A stretch of DNA of 7,626 bases, from the NCBI GenBank assembly GCA_024704765.1, contig JAKMXF010000184.1, positions 1-7,626 of the forward strand. Direction: 5' to 3'. The first letter of the stretch is position 1. Every line of letters starts with the position of its first letter. The notes under the pieces are model-generated. The model had not been told where the DNA came from. It searched no databases and saw only the letters and a list, made by a program, of their open reading frames with translations. The DNA is from Oopsacas minuta. Taxonomy: Eukaryota; Animalia; Porifera. The translations under genes were made by a program, and so were the position numbers. Below are positions 6,259 through 7,626 of this stretch, piece by piece.

Positions 6259-7523
6259 CATTGCGTTCGGAATTATTGGCAGTGAATTTGATTTGTTTCC
6301 ATTCAATATCTATGTTTAGAATGATCAAATCATAGGATTTCTAATGATTCGGTACTCTCTCAAATAGAATATACATGAGTAGCTAACATATAGCAAATAA
6401 TTTATCTTCTTACCTCCACCTTTGATGCATAACCGAATTCTTTTGTCCATTGATAGACAAAATGGCTTTAAAAATTCAGGGTCAAATGTGTTCCATATCT
6501 CCAAAATAGCTTCTTTCAACTCATTTGAGCTAGTAAATCTCTTTTTGAGGAGTCTCTTCTTTAATACTGCCCAAATAATTTCAATTGGGTTCAGATCGGG
6601 GCTATTGGAGGGCCAGTCGATCTGATGTGGGACAAATCCTGTTTCCAAGCCTTTGCTGTATTTCCTGTATCTATTGGACTGTTATCTTACTGTAATACCC
6701 ATTGATTTCCGTATAAAACATTAGCTTCTTGTATAAGACACTAATTTAGAACTGTTTTGTATCGTTCCGGTTGAATTTTGGTAAAACTTAGAGGTTTGTT
6801 TTGCCCATTACCGAAATACCACCACAAATATGTAGCTTCGCTGGATGTTTGAAAGTTGGCAAGTTAATGGGCTGTGCTTTCTTTGTCCATACATTTATCT
6901 TGCCTGAATTCATCCATATTGAGCATTCATTAGTAAATAACACTTTAGACCAGTTCTGACCACTCATTCGTTTACACCATTCTATTCGTTAGTAATATGG
7001 AGTTGTGACAAGGCTGAATTCTTACTGCCTGGCGATATTGTAAGCCTCTCCTCTTCATTTCCTCCGATTGTGTGCTTTTGGCAACTGGAGTACTCAATTT
7101 TGCTCGACATTCATTCAGAGTGTTCCTCGGATTGTGTTGAACGAGTGCCATAATCCTATTCCTATCAGACTCGTGCAATATTTGAGGTCGACCTGCTCCT
7201 TTCTTATGAATCAAGCTGTTTTTGTCAGAAATAGACTCCAAAACACGATATACTGTCCGCTCTGGTATAGCTAGTCATCTTGATATTTCAGTCGCTTTTG
7301 TTATCCCAGCATCAAAGAGTTTCTTTATTCTGATTCTATTCTTTCCCTGAGCCTTCATACCAAAATTGTGGAAAAATTTTATTAGTGAAAGTCGGAAAAT
7401 ATGGGTCTAAAATGTGTGAAAAAAATAATAAGCACATATTTAACGTCAAAGATCATTTGGTATAGATAAGGCAGAAAATTAGAATGTCAGTGGATCTATA
7501 AATTATATTTCGAGTATATTATA
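6259..7523 (-). mobile_element. Tc1 element family B, copy 2, interrupted by C at TA 7522-7523
   Basis: TIR at 6259-6286 after TA. It contains the minus-strand transposase pseudogene. It lacks the 94 bp seen at 303-396 in copy 1. The reconstructed length is about 1.36 kb. Confidence 0.93.
6325..7358 (-). pseudogene. Tc1 DD34E transposase pseudogene (family B)
   Basis: ATG at 7358 with a premature TGA at codon 28 (7275-7277); HKKGAGRPQIL; WSKVLFTNE (first catalytic D replaced by N, 6929-6931); KHPAKLHICGGIS; WVLQ*DN (D at 6684-6686); DWPSNSPDLNPIEIIW (E at 6580-6582); LSMDKRIRLCIKGGGKKINY. The D-to-E gap is 101 nt, i.e. 34 codons minus 1. The ancestral stop was probably near 6394 (inference). 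Confidence 0.95.
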
Positions 7524-7626
7524 CAGACAAGGGACAAAAGTATTCGACCACACAAATATATTATCATAAATTGTATACTCTTTCCCGCTCCTATATATTG
7601 TGTAGTCTATATTCGTAGCTGCAATC
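7524..7626. mobile_element. Tc1-type element family C, left-hand terminus, running off the window
   Basis: TA|cagacaagggacaaaagtattcgaccacac begins exactly where identity to 1-302 stops. It is the inverted match of 3217-3319. Confidence 0.85.

Noticed and set aside
6854-6864. agttggcaagt as the missing right TIR for the terminus at 2571
   Set aside because: It lies inside the family B coding sequence (NLPTF codons), is only 11 bp, lacks the terminal atg, and has no TSD.

Overview
AT-rich eukaryotic-looking DNA made almost entirely of decayed cut-and-paste DNA transposons. I see no intact gene, RNA gene, CRISPR array or prokaryotic feature. The main structure is a nest of elements: a ZMYM1/Tip100-like hAT (here 'D', 3656-6082) is interrupted at its last codon by a Tc1-like element ('A', DD37E-like spacing, left end 6083). 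A is interrupted in its 5' leader by a second Tc1 family ('B', DD34E, 6259-7523), and B is interrupted by a third Tc1-type end ('C', from 7524). The window start carries the complementary right-hand halves of the same nest in mirror order: B right end (1-396), A body and right TIR (399-1552), then the hAT stop codon and probable 3' end (1555-1681). The overlap 1-302 vs 7223-7523 is 97.7% identical. So two copies of the D::A::B composite appear to sit about 7.2 kb apart, though a haplotype or scaffolding artefact across the N gap (3054-3081) is not excluded. Between them lie three unpaired transposon-like termini (2191, 2250, 2571), a second C end (to 3319) and a degenerate 59-bp-period tandem array (3333-3655) cut by the hAT. 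The labels A-D are mine. The host taxon cannot be determined from the sequence. This is best read as an informative transposon graveyard, not as a demonstrated new functional system.
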